DNA of 43,984 nt, taken from the sequence record GU595417; one strand, given 5' to 3'. Shown here in pieces: positions 35,322 to 43,947 of the stretch; within the stretch, counting starts at the first letter, position 1, and the number at the start of each line of letters is the position of its first letter. Made by a program: the position numbers and the translations under genes. The notes beneath the pieces are model-generated. The model was not told the DNA's origin, did not search any database, and saw only the letters and a program-made list of their open reading frames with translations. The DNA is from Escherichia phage UAB_Phi78.

Positions 35322-36280
35322 TGAGTTATACTTTCACAGAACACACAGCGGTAGGTTCTCAGACGACTTATCCGTTTAGCTTTGCTGGTCGCGACAAGGG
35401 TTACATTCGCGCATCAGATATTATTGTGGAAGTGTTTCATGAAGGAGAGTGGAGTATTACACATGGTTGGGTGCTATCTGGCACCCACCAGATTACCTTC
35501 AATGTAGCACTACCAGAAGGGACTAAGTTCCGCATACGTCGAGATGTAGCCAAAGAGTACCCTTACGCGGAGTTTGATAGAGGTGTGGCTCTTGATATGA
35601 AATCATTGAACAACTCCTTCATTCATATCTTGCAGATCACACAGGAGATTCTTGATGGCTTCTATCCAGAAGGTTACTTCGTCAAACAGAATGTATCTTG
35701 GGGCGGGTACAAGATTACCGACCTAGCTGATGGCACAGACCCTCACGATGCAGTGAACAAAGGTCAGCTTGACGCAATAGACAGGAAGCACACTGAGTGG
35801 AATGAACAGCAAGATATTGCAATTGCTGGACTCAAGGCAGGTATGACATCAGGCATCTCTCACCGAACAGTGCCTTGGGTTACGGTAGCGGCTGGTGGAG
35901 AGCAAGTCATTAGACCACCTTACATCTTTGAATCGGCCTTGGTTTTCCTTGATGGAGTGTTGCAGCATGAACTGTCAGGTGCAGTTACTATAGCTAACAG
36001 CACTCTCACTTTCTCCGAGCCACTACGTCGTGGCACAGAAGTGTATGTATTGATAGGTAGTCGTATTGCAACATCTTCACCGGGTCTGCATATGGAGTTC
36101 AACAAGGACTTAGATGCAGGAACTACGGAGGTTAGGATTGGTATGGCGTTCTCCCATATTGATATCTACCTTGATGGCCTGTTCCAACCTAAGTCAACTT
36201 ATCAAATAAACGGCGATCTTGTTACATTCTCCGAGGGTGTACCAGCTTGCCATATGTCAGCGGATGTAGTCACTTTATAG
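35321..36280 (+). CDS. tail fibre/tailspike adaptor protein (T7 gp17 N-terminal-domain-like)
   Basis: 319 aa; start overlaps the upstream stop; sits where the tail-fibre gene lies in T7, but is too short to be a fibre itself. Confidence 0.7.
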   Translation: MSYTFTEHTAVGSQTTYPFSFAGRDKGYIRASDIIVEVFHEGEWSITHGWVLSGTHQITFNVALPEGTKFRIRRDVAKEYPYAEFDRGVALDMKSLNNSFIHILQITQEILDGFYPEGYFVKQNVSWGGYKITDLADGTDPHDAVNKGQLDAIDRKHTEWNEQQDIAIAGLKAGMTSGISHRTVPWVTVAAGGEQVIRPPYIFESALVFLDGVLQHELSGAVTIANSTLTFSEPLRRGTEVYVLIGSRIATSSPGLHMEFNKDLDAGTTEVRIGMAFSHIDIYLDGLFQPKSTYQINGDLVTFSEGVPACHMSADVVTL

Positions 36281-36288
36281 GAGGTAAG

Positions 36289-36483
36289 ATGGTTGATTCC
36301 GAACTGGTTAGCGGCGGGATGAAGTTAGCGCCATCTGCCTTAGTCTCAGGTGGGTACTTCCTCGGCATCAGTTGGGACAATTGGGTACTGATTGCGACAT
36401 TCATTTATACTGTGTTGCAAATCGGCGATTGGTTCTACAGCAAATACTCGTTATGTAAGGAGAAGAAACGTGGCAAGTCATAA
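36289..36483 (+). CDS. putative holin (single transmembrane segment, 64 aa)
   Basis: ATG 36289 with TAGGAGGTAAG RBS; one transmembrane segment ISWDNWVLIATFIYTVLQIGDWFY and a basic C-terminus; same position as T7 gp17.5. Confidence 0.55.
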   Translation: MVDSELVSGGMKLAPSALVSGGYFLGISWDNWVLIATFIYTVLQIGDWFYSKYSLCKEKKRGKS

Positions 36484-36769
36484 CAAACACGCCGCTACGG
36501 AAGATGAGGTAGGTAAGCTACATAGTGCTATCACCAATCTTTTCAACAAGAAAGCTGCTGCAATCCTCGCTGCGGTAGAGGAAGACCCTGATGCAGCAAT
36601 TGCGCTGGTGTCAGGTAAGGACATGGGTGCCATGTGTAAGTGGGTGCTAGATAATGGCATTACGGCTACACCTGCTGCACAGCAGGAAGAGTCTGCACTG
36701 TCTAAGCGCCTTGCTAAGATCAAAGCAGCATCTCAAGGTAAAGTAATCCAATTTGCTAAGGAGGCTTAA
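36470..36769 (+). CDS. terminase small subunit (candidate)
   Basis: GTG 36470, 7 nt after AAGGAG; about 100 aa; lies immediately upstream of and coupled to the large terminase, as for T7 gp18. The track ORF begins upstream at 36392. Confidence 0.5.
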   Translation: MASHNKHAATEDEVGKLHSAITNLFNKKAAAILAAVEEDPDAAIALVSGKDMGAMCKWVLDNGITATPAAQQEESALSKRLAKIKAASQGKVIQFAKEA

Positions 36770-38667
36770 TGGCTAGAGCAAGGGAGTCACAAGCTGAAGC
36801 CCTTGCCCGTTGGGAAGCCCTGCATGAGTTACAGCAAACTTTTCCGTACACTGTAGCAGGGTTACTCTCATTTGCTCAGGTTGTAATTAATACTTTAATC
36901 ACTGGCAACCCAGACCTGAACCGGGTACAAGCGGATATTCTGAAATTCCTCTTTGGAGGGAACAAATACCGGATGGTAGAGGCACAGCGTGGTCAGGCTA
37001 AGACAACCATTGCAGCTATCTACGCTGCGTTCCGTATCATCCACGAGCCACATAAACGTATCATGATTGTGTCTCAGACAGCGAAGCGAGCAGAAGAAAT
37101 CGCCGGGTGGGTTATCAAAATATTCCGTGGTCTGGACTTCTTGGAGTTCATGTTGCCTGATATCTACGCAGGTGACAAGGCTAGTATAAAAGGCTTTGAA
37201 ATCCACTACACATTGCGTGGTAGCGACAAGTCTCCATCCGTTGCTTGCTACTCTATTGAAGCAGGTATGCAGGGTGCGCGTGCAGATATCATCTTGGCGG
37301 ATGACGTAGAGTCGTTGCAGAACTCTCGTACTGCCGCAGGTCGTGCTCTCTTAGAAGACCTTACCAAGGAATTTGAATCAATCAACCAGTTCGGTGATAT
37401 CATCTACTTGGGGACACCTCAAAGCGTAAACTCCATATACAACAACCTCCCGGCACGTGGTTATCAGATTCGCATCTGGCCCGGTCGCTATCCTACACTA
37501 GAGCAGGAGGCTTGCTATGGAGACTTCCTAGCGCCGATGATTCGTCAGGATATGATTGATGACCCAAGCCTACGCTCCGGCTACGGCATCGACGGTACAC
37601 AAGGCGCACCGACCTGTCCTGAAATGTACGATGACGAGAAGCTCATTGAGAAGGAAATCTCTCAGGGTACAGCTAAGTTCCAGTTGCAGTTCATGCTGAA
37701 CACACGTTTGATGGATGCCGACCGCTATCCTCTTCGTCTTAATCAGCTTATCTTGATGAGCTTTGGTACTGACGTAGTGCCGGAGATGCCGACTTGGAGT
37801 AACGACTCGGTAAACCTTATCAGCGACGCGCCGCGCTTCGGGAACAAGCCCACAGACTACCTGTATCGGCCTGTGCCGCGTCCGTATGAGTGGCGGCCTA
37901 TTCAGCGTCGGCTGATGTATATCGACCCGGCAGGTGGCGGTAAGAACGGCGACGAGACGGGCGTAGCCATTGTGTTCCTGCTGGGAACCTTTATCTACGT
38001 CTACAAAGTCTTCGGCGTACCGGGCGGATACTCCGAATCGGCCCTCAGTCGCATTGTGAGAGAGGCAAAGCAGGCGGAGGTAAAAGAGGTCTTCATAGAG
38101 AAGAACTTCGGTCATGGTGCGTTTGAGGCGGTAATTAAGCCATACTTCGAACGTGAGTGGCCTGCCGAGTTGAAAGAAGATTACGCCACTGGTCAGAAAG
38201 AGGCCCGCATCATTGAGACGCTGGAGCCGCTTATGTCCGCACACCGCATCATCTTCAATGCCGAGATGATCAAGCAGGATGTCGATAGCGTCCAGCACTA
38301 CCCTCTTGAGATTCGCATGAGCTACAGCCTGTTTGCTCAGATGTCGAACATAACCCTTGAGAAAGGATGCCTGCGGCACGATGACCGCTTAGACGCGCTG
38401 TATGGCGCTATACGGCAATTAACCTCTCAGATAGACTATGACGAGGCTAACCGGATAAATCGTCTCAGGGCGAAGGAGATGCGCGAATATCTGGAGATGA
38501 TGACCGACCCTCTACGTCGCCGGGAGTTCTTCACAGGACAAGACCACGGTTATCGAAAACAAGTGAACACGTCAGTGGCAATGCAGCGCCGAGTCTACGG
38601 AAATGCGCCGACGATGAGAATCAAGTCTCGAAATACTCTTTCTTCAAGAATATCAAGGACTTGGTAA
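36769..38667 (+). CDS. terminase large subunit
   Basis: 632 aa; AAGGAGG RBS; size and position equivalent to T7 gp19. The 269-aa antisense ORF inside it is discounted. Confidence 0.9.
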   Translation: MARARESQAEALARWEALHELQQTFPYTVAGLLSFAQVVINTLITGNPDLNRVQADILKFLFGGNKYRMVEAQRGQAKTTIAAIYAAFRIIHEPHKRIMIVSQTAKRAEEIAGWVIKIFRGLDFLEFMLPDIYAGDKASIKGFEIHYTLRGSDKSPSVACYSIEAGMQGARADIILADDVESLQNSRTAAGRALLEDLTKEFESINQFGDIIYLGTPQSVNSIYNNLPARGYQIRIWPGRYPTLEQEACYGDFLAPMIRQDMIDDPSLRSGYGIDGTQGAPTCPEMYDDEKLIEKEISQGTAKFQLQFMLNTRLMDADRYPLRLNQLILMSFGTDVVPEMPTWSNDSVNLISDAPRFGNKPTDYLYRPVPRPYEWRPIQRRLMYIDPAGGGKNGDETGVAIVFLLGTFIYVYKVFGVPGGYSESALSRIVREAKQAEVKEVFIEKNFGHGAFEAVIKPYFEREWPAELKEDYATGQKEARIIETLEPLMSAHRIIFNAEMIKQDVDSVQHYPLEIRMSYSLFAQMSNITLEKGCLRHDDRLDALYGAIRQLTSQIDYDEANRINRLRAKEMREYLEMMTDPLRRREFFTGQDHGYRKQVNTSVAMQRRVYGNAPTMRIKSRNTLSSRISRTW

Positions 38668-38686
38668 TTAGGGGACACTATAGGAG
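38666..38686 (+). promoter_or_regulatory. SP6-type phage promoter (variant)
   Basis: aattaggggacactataggag, directly after the terminase stop. Confidence 0.75.
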
Positions 38687-38757
38687 GAGGCCCAGAGAAT
38701 AAGAGAAATAACAAGGATAATATAGGTTAACCTAGGTTATATAGGTTACTATAGTAT

Positions 38758-38777
38758 GGGTGTACTCCTGTACACCC
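38758..38777 (+). other. perfect leader hairpin
   Basis: gggtgtac-tcct-gtacaccc: 8-bp perfect stem in the 5' leader downstream of the promoter at 38666. Confidence 0.6.
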
Positions 38778-38819
38778 TATTCCTTACTTCCTTACTATAC
38801 TTACATAATAGGAGAGAGA

Positions 38820-39095
38820 ATGTCTAATAGCTATAGTACACAACCTCTTACAGGTAAGTCTGCTCGTAAGCAGGTACAACCTGTGAGTGAAGCACTAATG
38901 CTTCCTGTAATCTCAAAAGAGGAGGCTAGTAAGAAAAGCAATGTTATTAATGATGCCACCAAATCAGGCAAACAGAAAGGAGCCATGGTGTGTCTTGACT
39001 CATCTGGTGCATTAAGTATTGCTATTGCAGTTGATGACAAAGAAGATTCTAATTGGCTGTCCGTTACAGCGGGCACTTCTATTACCCCAGCTTAA
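38820..39095 (+). CDS. hypothetical small protein, paralogue A (about 92 aa)
   Basis: ATG 38820 with AGGAGAGAGAA RBS; shares SGKQKGAM......G....IAIA with the next gene. Confidence 0.6.
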   Translation: MSNSYSTQPLTGKSARKQVQPVSEALMLPVISKEEASKKSNVINDATKSGKQKGAMVCLDSSGALSIAIAVDDKEDSNWLSVTAGTSITPA

Positions 39096-39110
39096 GAAGA
39101 GGAGGATTAC

Positions 39111-39398
39111 ATGGCTAAATATGGTGAAGGTTCTGTTACTGGTCAGGCTTTTCGAGTAAAGGCAGTACAAACTATTGCAACGGCAATCCCCATGCCTGTT
39201 GTTGCTGAAGCAGACCTTAAGAAGAAAGATCACCCTATCAACATTAAACACCTATCTGGTAAGCAGAAGGGTGCGATGATTGCTGTTGAGAAAGAAGGCC
39301 CAACCCTGTATATTGCTATTGCACGTGGTAGTGAACCTACTGACCCTTGGGATACAACCACTATGGAGGGAGACCCTGTCACTCCAACAGGGGACTAA
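39111..39398 (+). CDS. hypothetical small protein, paralogue B (95 aa)
   Basis: AGAGGAGGA RBS; paralogous to the upstream gene. Confidence 0.65.
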   Translation: MAKYGEGSVTGQAFRVKAVQTIATAIPMPVVAEADLKKKDHPINIKHLSGKQKGAMIAVEKEGPTLYIAIARGSEPTDPWDTTTMEGDPVTPTGD

Positions 39399-39400
39399 TA

Positions 39401-39745
39401 ATGCTTAACAAGTACTTCAAGCGTAAAGAGTTCGCTTGCCGTTGTGGATGCGGCACATCCACTGTTGATGCTGAATTACTACAGGTAGTCACAGATGTGC
39501 GTGAGCACTTTGGTGCTCCTGTGGTTATCACTTCTGGGCATCGCTGTGCTAAGCACAACTTAAATGTTGGTGGCGCTCGTGGCTCCAAGCATCTGCTTGG
39601 CATTGCTGCTGACATTAACGTGAAGGGTGTATCTCCTATACGGGTGCGAGAGTACCTATGCAATAAGTATCCTGACAAGTACGGCATTGGTGCTTACACG
39701 AACTTCACACACATCGATGTGCGCTCTAACAAGGCTAGGTGGTAA
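39401..39745 (+). CDS. endolysin, zinc peptidase M15 family
   Basis: SGHRCAKHN...GSKH...AADI...THIDVR zinc-binding His/Asp pattern of M15 peptidases; ATG 39401 (the track starts at 39347). Confidence 0.8.
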   Translation: MLNKYFKRKEFACRCGCGTSTVDAELLQVVTDVREHFGAPVVITSGHRCAKHNLNVGGARGSKHLLGIAADINVKGVSPIRVREYLCNKYPDKYGIGAYTNFTHIDVRSNKARW

Positions 39746-39882
39746 TGAAGGGTTGCATTGCATACTGTGAGCGTAAGGTAAAGGAGGCCAGTGAAGCTGG
39801 AAACTACACTGACTTCCAGAACTATACGCACCTTCTGAACGAATGGAAAGTGAGGGCTGGTTGTGAAACTGTTAAAGAGTAA
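39745..39882 (+). CDS. hypothetical small protein (45 aa)
   Basis: ATG overlaps the endolysin stop (TAATG); below the track cutoff. Confidence 0.3.
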   Translation: MKGCIAYCERKVKEASEAGNYTDFQNYTHLLNEWKVRAGCETVKE

Positions 39883-40009
39883 GAAGGTAGTAGCAGCACT
39901 GGTAGGTTTGGTGGTAGCGTTGGTTTCTGTCGGCATGGGTGTTGAGTTTGGCGCTCAGACTGCCGATGCAGTTACCAGTGTTGTCTGCCAAGCCGTAGGC
40001 TGTGAATAA
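39863..40009 (+). CDS. small membrane peptide (48 aa)
   Basis: GTG start 6 nt after GAGGG; a basic N-terminus followed by a hydrophobic segment (VVAALVGLVVALVSVGMGV). Confidence 0.3.
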   Translation: MKLLKSKKVVAALVGLVVALVSVGMGVEFGAQTADAVTSVVCQAVGCE

Positions 40010-40211
40010 ACTTCTTAAGGTGCTGGCAGGTCTACTTGGCCTGCTGGTTGCCTACAAGCGAGAACAAGAGCAGAAGGAGGCTCAACGTGAAGCGAATCAT
40101 GCTAGCGACAATCCTGCTGATTGGTTCGCTGATCACTTCCGGGTGCGGGACGGCGTTACCAGAACGCCCAACCAAGCCGACGCTGACGGCAGTGTACGAG
40201 GTGGACGATAA
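40002..40211 (+). CDS. putative i-spanin (Rz-like)
   Basis: N-terminal transmembrane segment LLKVLAGLLGLLVAY followed by a charged region; GTG start overlaps the upstream stop. Confidence 0.5.
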   Translation: MNKLLKVLAGLLGLLVAYKREQEQKEAQREANHASDNPADWFADHFRVRDGVTRTPNQADADGSVRGGR

Positions 40212-40284
40212 GGTCTGCTTCAGCAAGCCTGATGCTACACAACTTGGACTGTACATTTTATCGCTAGAACGCGGCTACAATTAA
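40086..40284 (+). CDS. putative o-spanin (Rz1-like lipoprotein) overlapping the i-spanin in the +1 frame
   Basis: GTG 40086, 7 nt after AAGGAGG; KRIMLATILLIGSLITSGC signal peptide with lipobox-like SGC, then a Pro-rich mature part. Confidence 0.5.
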
Positions 40285-40313
40285 TACATAGTCTTATGTA
40301 TCATACACCTACG

Positions 40314-40334
40314 ATTTAGGTGACACTATAGAAG
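40314..40334 (+). promoter_or_regulatory. SP6-type phage promoter (consensus)
   Basis: Exact atttaggtgacactatagaag upstream of the tailspike genes. Confidence 0.9.
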
Positions 40335-40414
40335 AGAAGTATAGTGCCGTTCTTTTGAGCGGCCTATTACTCACCAGTCTTCATGGGGATGGCTGGATAT
40401 TAATAGGAGGTTTA

Positions 40415-42067
40415 ATGTCATTAACTAAACCACGTTGCTTCAGGAAGGCAAGCTATCTAAGTCAGTTAGGCACTTTGCAGAATCTAGCTAACACTGGAGA
40501 TGACGTACTTGTTATCGATGTTGACTACGAGTTCACTAACGGAGAGACTGTAGACTTCAAAGGTCAACTGGTTCGTATAGAGTGCGAAGCTAAGTTCATT
40601 GGTGATGGTGCTTTGATCTTCACTAATATGGCTAGTGGTTCTGTGGTAGAAAAGCCTTTCATGGAAAGCAAGTCCACACCTTGGGTTATTTACCCTTGGA
40701 CAGAAGATGGAAAGTGGATTACAGATGCACAAGCTGTTGCTGCTACATTGAAACAATCTAAGACCGAAGGATATCAACCGGGAGTCAACGATTGGGTTAA
40801 GTTTCCCGGACTTGAAGCATTGATGCCTCAAGAGGTGAAAGATCAGTATGTAGTATCCACACTGGACATCCGTGACTGCGTAGGTGTTGAGGTAAGACGC
40901 GCTGGCGGCCTTATGGCAGCTTATTTGTTTCGCAACTGTCATCACTGTAAGGTGATTGATTCTGACACCATCATTGGTGGTAAAGACGGAATCATAACCT
41001 TTGAAAACTTAGGTGGTGAATGGGGAATCGGTAACTATGCCATAGGTGGTCGTGTACATTATGGCTCAGGAAGTGGTGTGCAGTTCCTTCGAAATAATGG
41101 AGGTGCATCTCACAACGGTGGAGTTATTGGTGTAACCTCATGGCGTGCAGGTGAGTCTGGGTTCAAGACATGGCAAGGTTCTGTAGGTGCAGGTACATCT
41201 CGTAACTATAACCTTCAGTTCCGTGACTCAGTTGCACTGTCTCCCGTGTGGGATGGCTTTGACTTAGGCTCAGATCCAGGAATGGCACCAGAAGAGGACA
41301 GACCGGGAGACTTGCCTGTGTCTCAATACCCTATGCATCAGCTACCTAACAACCACATGGTTGATAACATCCTTGTTATGAATTCATTAGGTGTGGGTTT
41401 AGGTATGGATGGTCGCGGTGGATATGTATCTAATGTTACCGTACAAGATTGTGCAGGTGCAGGTATCCTTGCTTATGCATTCAACCGTACCTTCTCTAAC
41501 ATTACGGTGATTGACTGCAACTACATGAACTTCGATTCAGACCAGATAATCATCATTGGTGACTGCATCGTGAATGGCATCCGCGCCGCTGGTATTAAAC
41601 CTCAGCCATCTAAGGGTATGGTCATCAGTGCACCTAACTCGACCCTTAGTGGGATTGTAGGTAACGTGCCACCAGACCGTATCCTTGCAGGTAACATCCT
41701 TGACCCTGTGTTGGGTCATACAAGGATTAATGGGTTTAATAGTGACTCGGCAGAACTGAGCTTCAGAATCCACAAGCTTACCAAGACCTTGGATAGTGGT
41801 GCTATTCGCTCTACGCTGAATGGTGGGCCGGGTACAGGTTCTGCATGGACGGAGATGACTGCAATTTCAGGGTCAGCTCCAAATGCTGTCTCGTTGAAGA
41901 TTAACCGTGGAGACTTCAAGGCAACTGAGATCCCCGTGGCACCTACTGTGCTTCCAGATGAAGCGGTAAGAGACCACAACTCTATTGCGCTCTATTTCGA
42001 TCAGGAGGCTCTTTGGGCTTTAGTTAAGAAACCAAACGGAAGTCTTACACGAATGAAGCTTGCTTAA
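40415..42067 (+). CDS. tailspike, P22-like endorhamnosidase lacking the head-binding domain
   Basis: 550 aa from ATG 40415 (TAGGAGGT RBS). The C-terminal half matches the P22 tailspike as I recall it (DPGMAPE.DRPGDLPVSQYPMH...RIHKL.KTLDSGA...ALVKKPNG). Confidence 0.9.
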   Translation: MSLTKPRCFRKASYLSQLGTLQNLANTGDDVLVIDVDYEFTNGETVDFKGQLVRIECEAKFIGDGALIFTNMASGSVVEKPFMESKSTPWVIYPWTEDGKWITDAQAVAATLKQSKTEGYQPGVNDWVKFPGLEALMPQEVKDQYVVSTLDIRDCVGVEVRRAGGLMAAYLFRNCHHCKVIDSDTIIGGKDGIITFENLGGEWGIGNYAIGGRVHYGSGSGVQFLRNNGGASHNGGVIGVTSWRAGESGFKTWQGSVGAGTSRNYNLQFRDSVALSPVWDGFDLGSDPGMAPEEDRPGDLPVSQYPMHQLPNNHMVDNILVMNSLGVGLGMDGRGGYVSNVTVQDCAGAGILAYAFNRTFSNITVIDCNYMNFDSDQIIIIGDCIVNGIRAAGIKPQPSKGMVISAPNSTLSGIVGNVPPDRILAGNILDPVLGHTRINGFNSDSAELSFRIHKLTKTLDSGAIRSTLNGGPGTGSAWTEMTAISGSAPNAVSLKINRGDFKATEIPVAPTVLPDEAVRDHNSIALYFDQEALWALVKKPNGSLTRMKLA

Positions 42068-42072
42068 TATAG

Positions 42073-42095
42073 GCAGCGCGTTAGCGCTGCTTTCA
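42073..42095 (+). terminator. hairpin, possible weak terminator between the two tailspike genes
   Basis: Perfect 7-bp stem gcagcgc-gtta-gcgctgc, followed by tttcacgcg, a poor T-tract. Confidence 0.4.
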
Positions 42096-42150
42096 CGCGA
42101 ACTTTTCTTAAAGGTTATCATAGTGGTAGCCTTTCAGAAAAGGAGGTGAC

Positions 42151-43665
42151 ATGATACAAAGATTAGGTTCTTCCTTAGTGAAGATGCCAAATGGTCTTAC
42201 ATTGACACAGTGGTTGCAGCCTGCAAACATCATCAAGGTAGATGATGCACCGTACAATGGAGACCTTATTGCTGCATATAATGCTGTTCCAGTTACAGGT
42301 AATTATGCTTTGGTTCTTACCAACCACACTTACAATGCAGTTGGCTTGTTCGATGCAGGTCGTAACACGAAGCCTAACATCACCATCATTGGTGCTGGTA
42401 TGCCTCAACTTGCAGGAGACAGATCGTCATTTGTTGCAGGTTCGGGTACTATCATTAAGGGTGCAGTAAAGAACTCCGCCAAGGGTTTCCAGATTGCTAA
42501 CCTAGGTATTGATTGTGGTAACACAGTTAGTCGTACAGATTACCAACCTGCACGCTTCGAAGACCCACTACAGATATATGGGTGTGGCGCTAATGCTAAC
42601 ATCTTCATCGATAACGTGAAATGCCTTAGTGCAGTTTCTGTAGATGAACGACCGGGAACACACAGCATTCTGCTTGAGCAGACTGAAGGTGTCACCATCG
42701 GCTATGTAGAGTGCATTGGTGGCTTTCACGGCCTAACCATCAAGTGCCGTAACCTACGTGGTGGGATTGCACATTGCTATGGTCAGTATGGTGATGGCTT
42801 CATCATCAAGTCCGATGCTGGTGGTGCAGCGAGTCACATCTACATGGAGCGAATTCAGGTAGGACACCCAGATCAGTCTATGTGGCCTGATGTGCACTTG
42901 GGTGGTATCTACGATGCGCACGATGGTGTAACCATTGATAGTGTTAGCATTGGTGAGTTGCATGTTGTACGAGGAACTTGGGGTCTGATACCTGCTGATA
43001 ACGCCACTGGCAATATCACCAACTTCCATATTGGACATTATGAGTGCCACCTTACTTACGGCAACCACTACTCCCTTGTTATCAACAACAAGGTTGTAGG
43101 TTGGACTATGGGTACTCACAACATCACGACCTGCTCAGGTGGTATCAAGGTAGACCCTGCATCAGTGTATGTGAACATAGGTACTGGTCGCTCTACAAAC
43201 AACACTGAAAGTGGGTACTCTCTTGGTGGCAACACCTTGATTCATGGTGAACTGATTGCAGATGCGAATGGTAAGTATGGTGTAGAGTATTCTGGTGGTC
43301 TAGGTCTTGATGTAAGTAAGATTCATGGATTCCAGAATCCACTTGGTACTTACTCAGGGTACTCTTCTGCTATCCAATCCCTACTGTGGCCTGACGCTGG
43401 GTTTGAAGCTATGGTAACAGGTAGAACTGTGACTTTACGTGGTTCACTCACTAAAGGCTCTACTGCATGGTGCGGTCAGGTGCTTGATGCTGTTAAGCCT
43501 ACACGAGACATTCGTATCTACGCATGGGCTGTTGGCATTGGTGGTTCAATGGTTCCTGTGGAAGCATGGGTTCGTTCTGCTACTGGTGCTATAGATGTCG
43601 TAGGCAAGGATTCGGTTGGCGAAGGGCAGATTGTTAGCTTCACTGGCAGCTACATCTTCAAGTGA
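42151..43665 (+). CDS. second tailspike / receptor-binding protein
   Basis: 504 aa; AAAGGAGGTGA RBS; Gly/Asn/Thr-rich repeats suggesting a beta-helix; terminal position. Confidence 0.7.
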   Translation: MIQRLGSSLVKMPNGLTLTQWLQPANIIKVDDAPYNGDLIAAYNAVPVTGNYALVLTNHTYNAVGLFDAGRNTKPNITIIGAGMPQLAGDRSSFVAGSGTIIKGAVKNSAKGFQIANLGIDCGNTVSRTDYQPARFEDPLQIYGCGANANIFIDNVKCLSAVSVDERPGTHSILLEQTEGVTIGYVECIGGFHGLTIKCRNLRGGIAHCYGQYGDGFIIKSDAGGAASHIYMERIQVGHPDQSMWPDVHLGGIYDAHDGVTIDSVSIGELHVVRGTWGLIPADNATGNITNFHIGHYECHLTYGNHYSLVINNKVVGWTMGTHNITTCSGGIKVDPASVYVNIGTGRSTNNTESGYSLGGNTLIHGELIADANGKYGVEYSGGLGLDVSKIHGFQNPLGTYSGYSSAIQSLLWPDAGFEAMVTGRTVTLRGSLTKGSTAWCGQVLDAVKPTRDIRIYAWAVGIGGSMVPVEAWVRSATGAIDVVGKDSVGEGQIVSFTGSYIFK

Positions 43666-43672
43666 GGTATGT

Positions 43673-43816
43673 ATGCCCTTAGTGAAGTCTATCAAGGAGA
43701 AGGCTGTACTCCAGAACACAGAAGAGCTAATCAAGTCCGGTCGTGACCCTAAGCAGGCTTATGCCATTGCTAAGGATGTACAGCGACGTGCCTTGAAGAA
43801 GCCTTCTGCATCTTAG
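43673..43816 (+). CDS. hypothetical small basic protein (47 aa)
   Basis: In-frame ATG 43673 after GAGG; the track ORF starts upstream inside the tailspike gene. Confidence 0.4.
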   Translation: MPLVKSIKEKAVLQNTEELIKSGRDPKQAYAIAKDVQRRALKKPSAS

Positions 43817-43869
43817 TGTAACCAAAGGGCTGGCCTAGGTTGGCCCTTAGTGTAATCAAAGGAGATAAC

Positions 43870-43947
43870 ATGTATATTCCAATGGAAGCAGTAGTAGGTA
43901 TCGCTTGTTTGCTAGTAGGGTTTGTCATAGGTTTGATAGCACAATAA
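43870..43947 (+). CDS. small hydrophobic peptide (25 aa)
   Basis: AAAGGAGATAACATG; MYIPMEAVVGIACLLVGFVIGLIAQ; below the track cutoff. Confidence 0.3.
   Translation: MYIPMEAVVGIACLLVGFVIGLIAQ

Noticed and set aside
37570-38379. 269-aa minus-strand ORF inside the large terminase gene.
   Set aside because: Fully antisense to a well-supported essential gene; no RBS or promoter on the minus strand.
13100-40334. Possibility that the SP6 promoter sequences indicate cloning-vector contamination.
   Set aside because: The promoter copies are dispersed at intergenic positions of a coherent phage gene order, several are natural variants rather than the exact vector sequence, and no vector backbone features are present.
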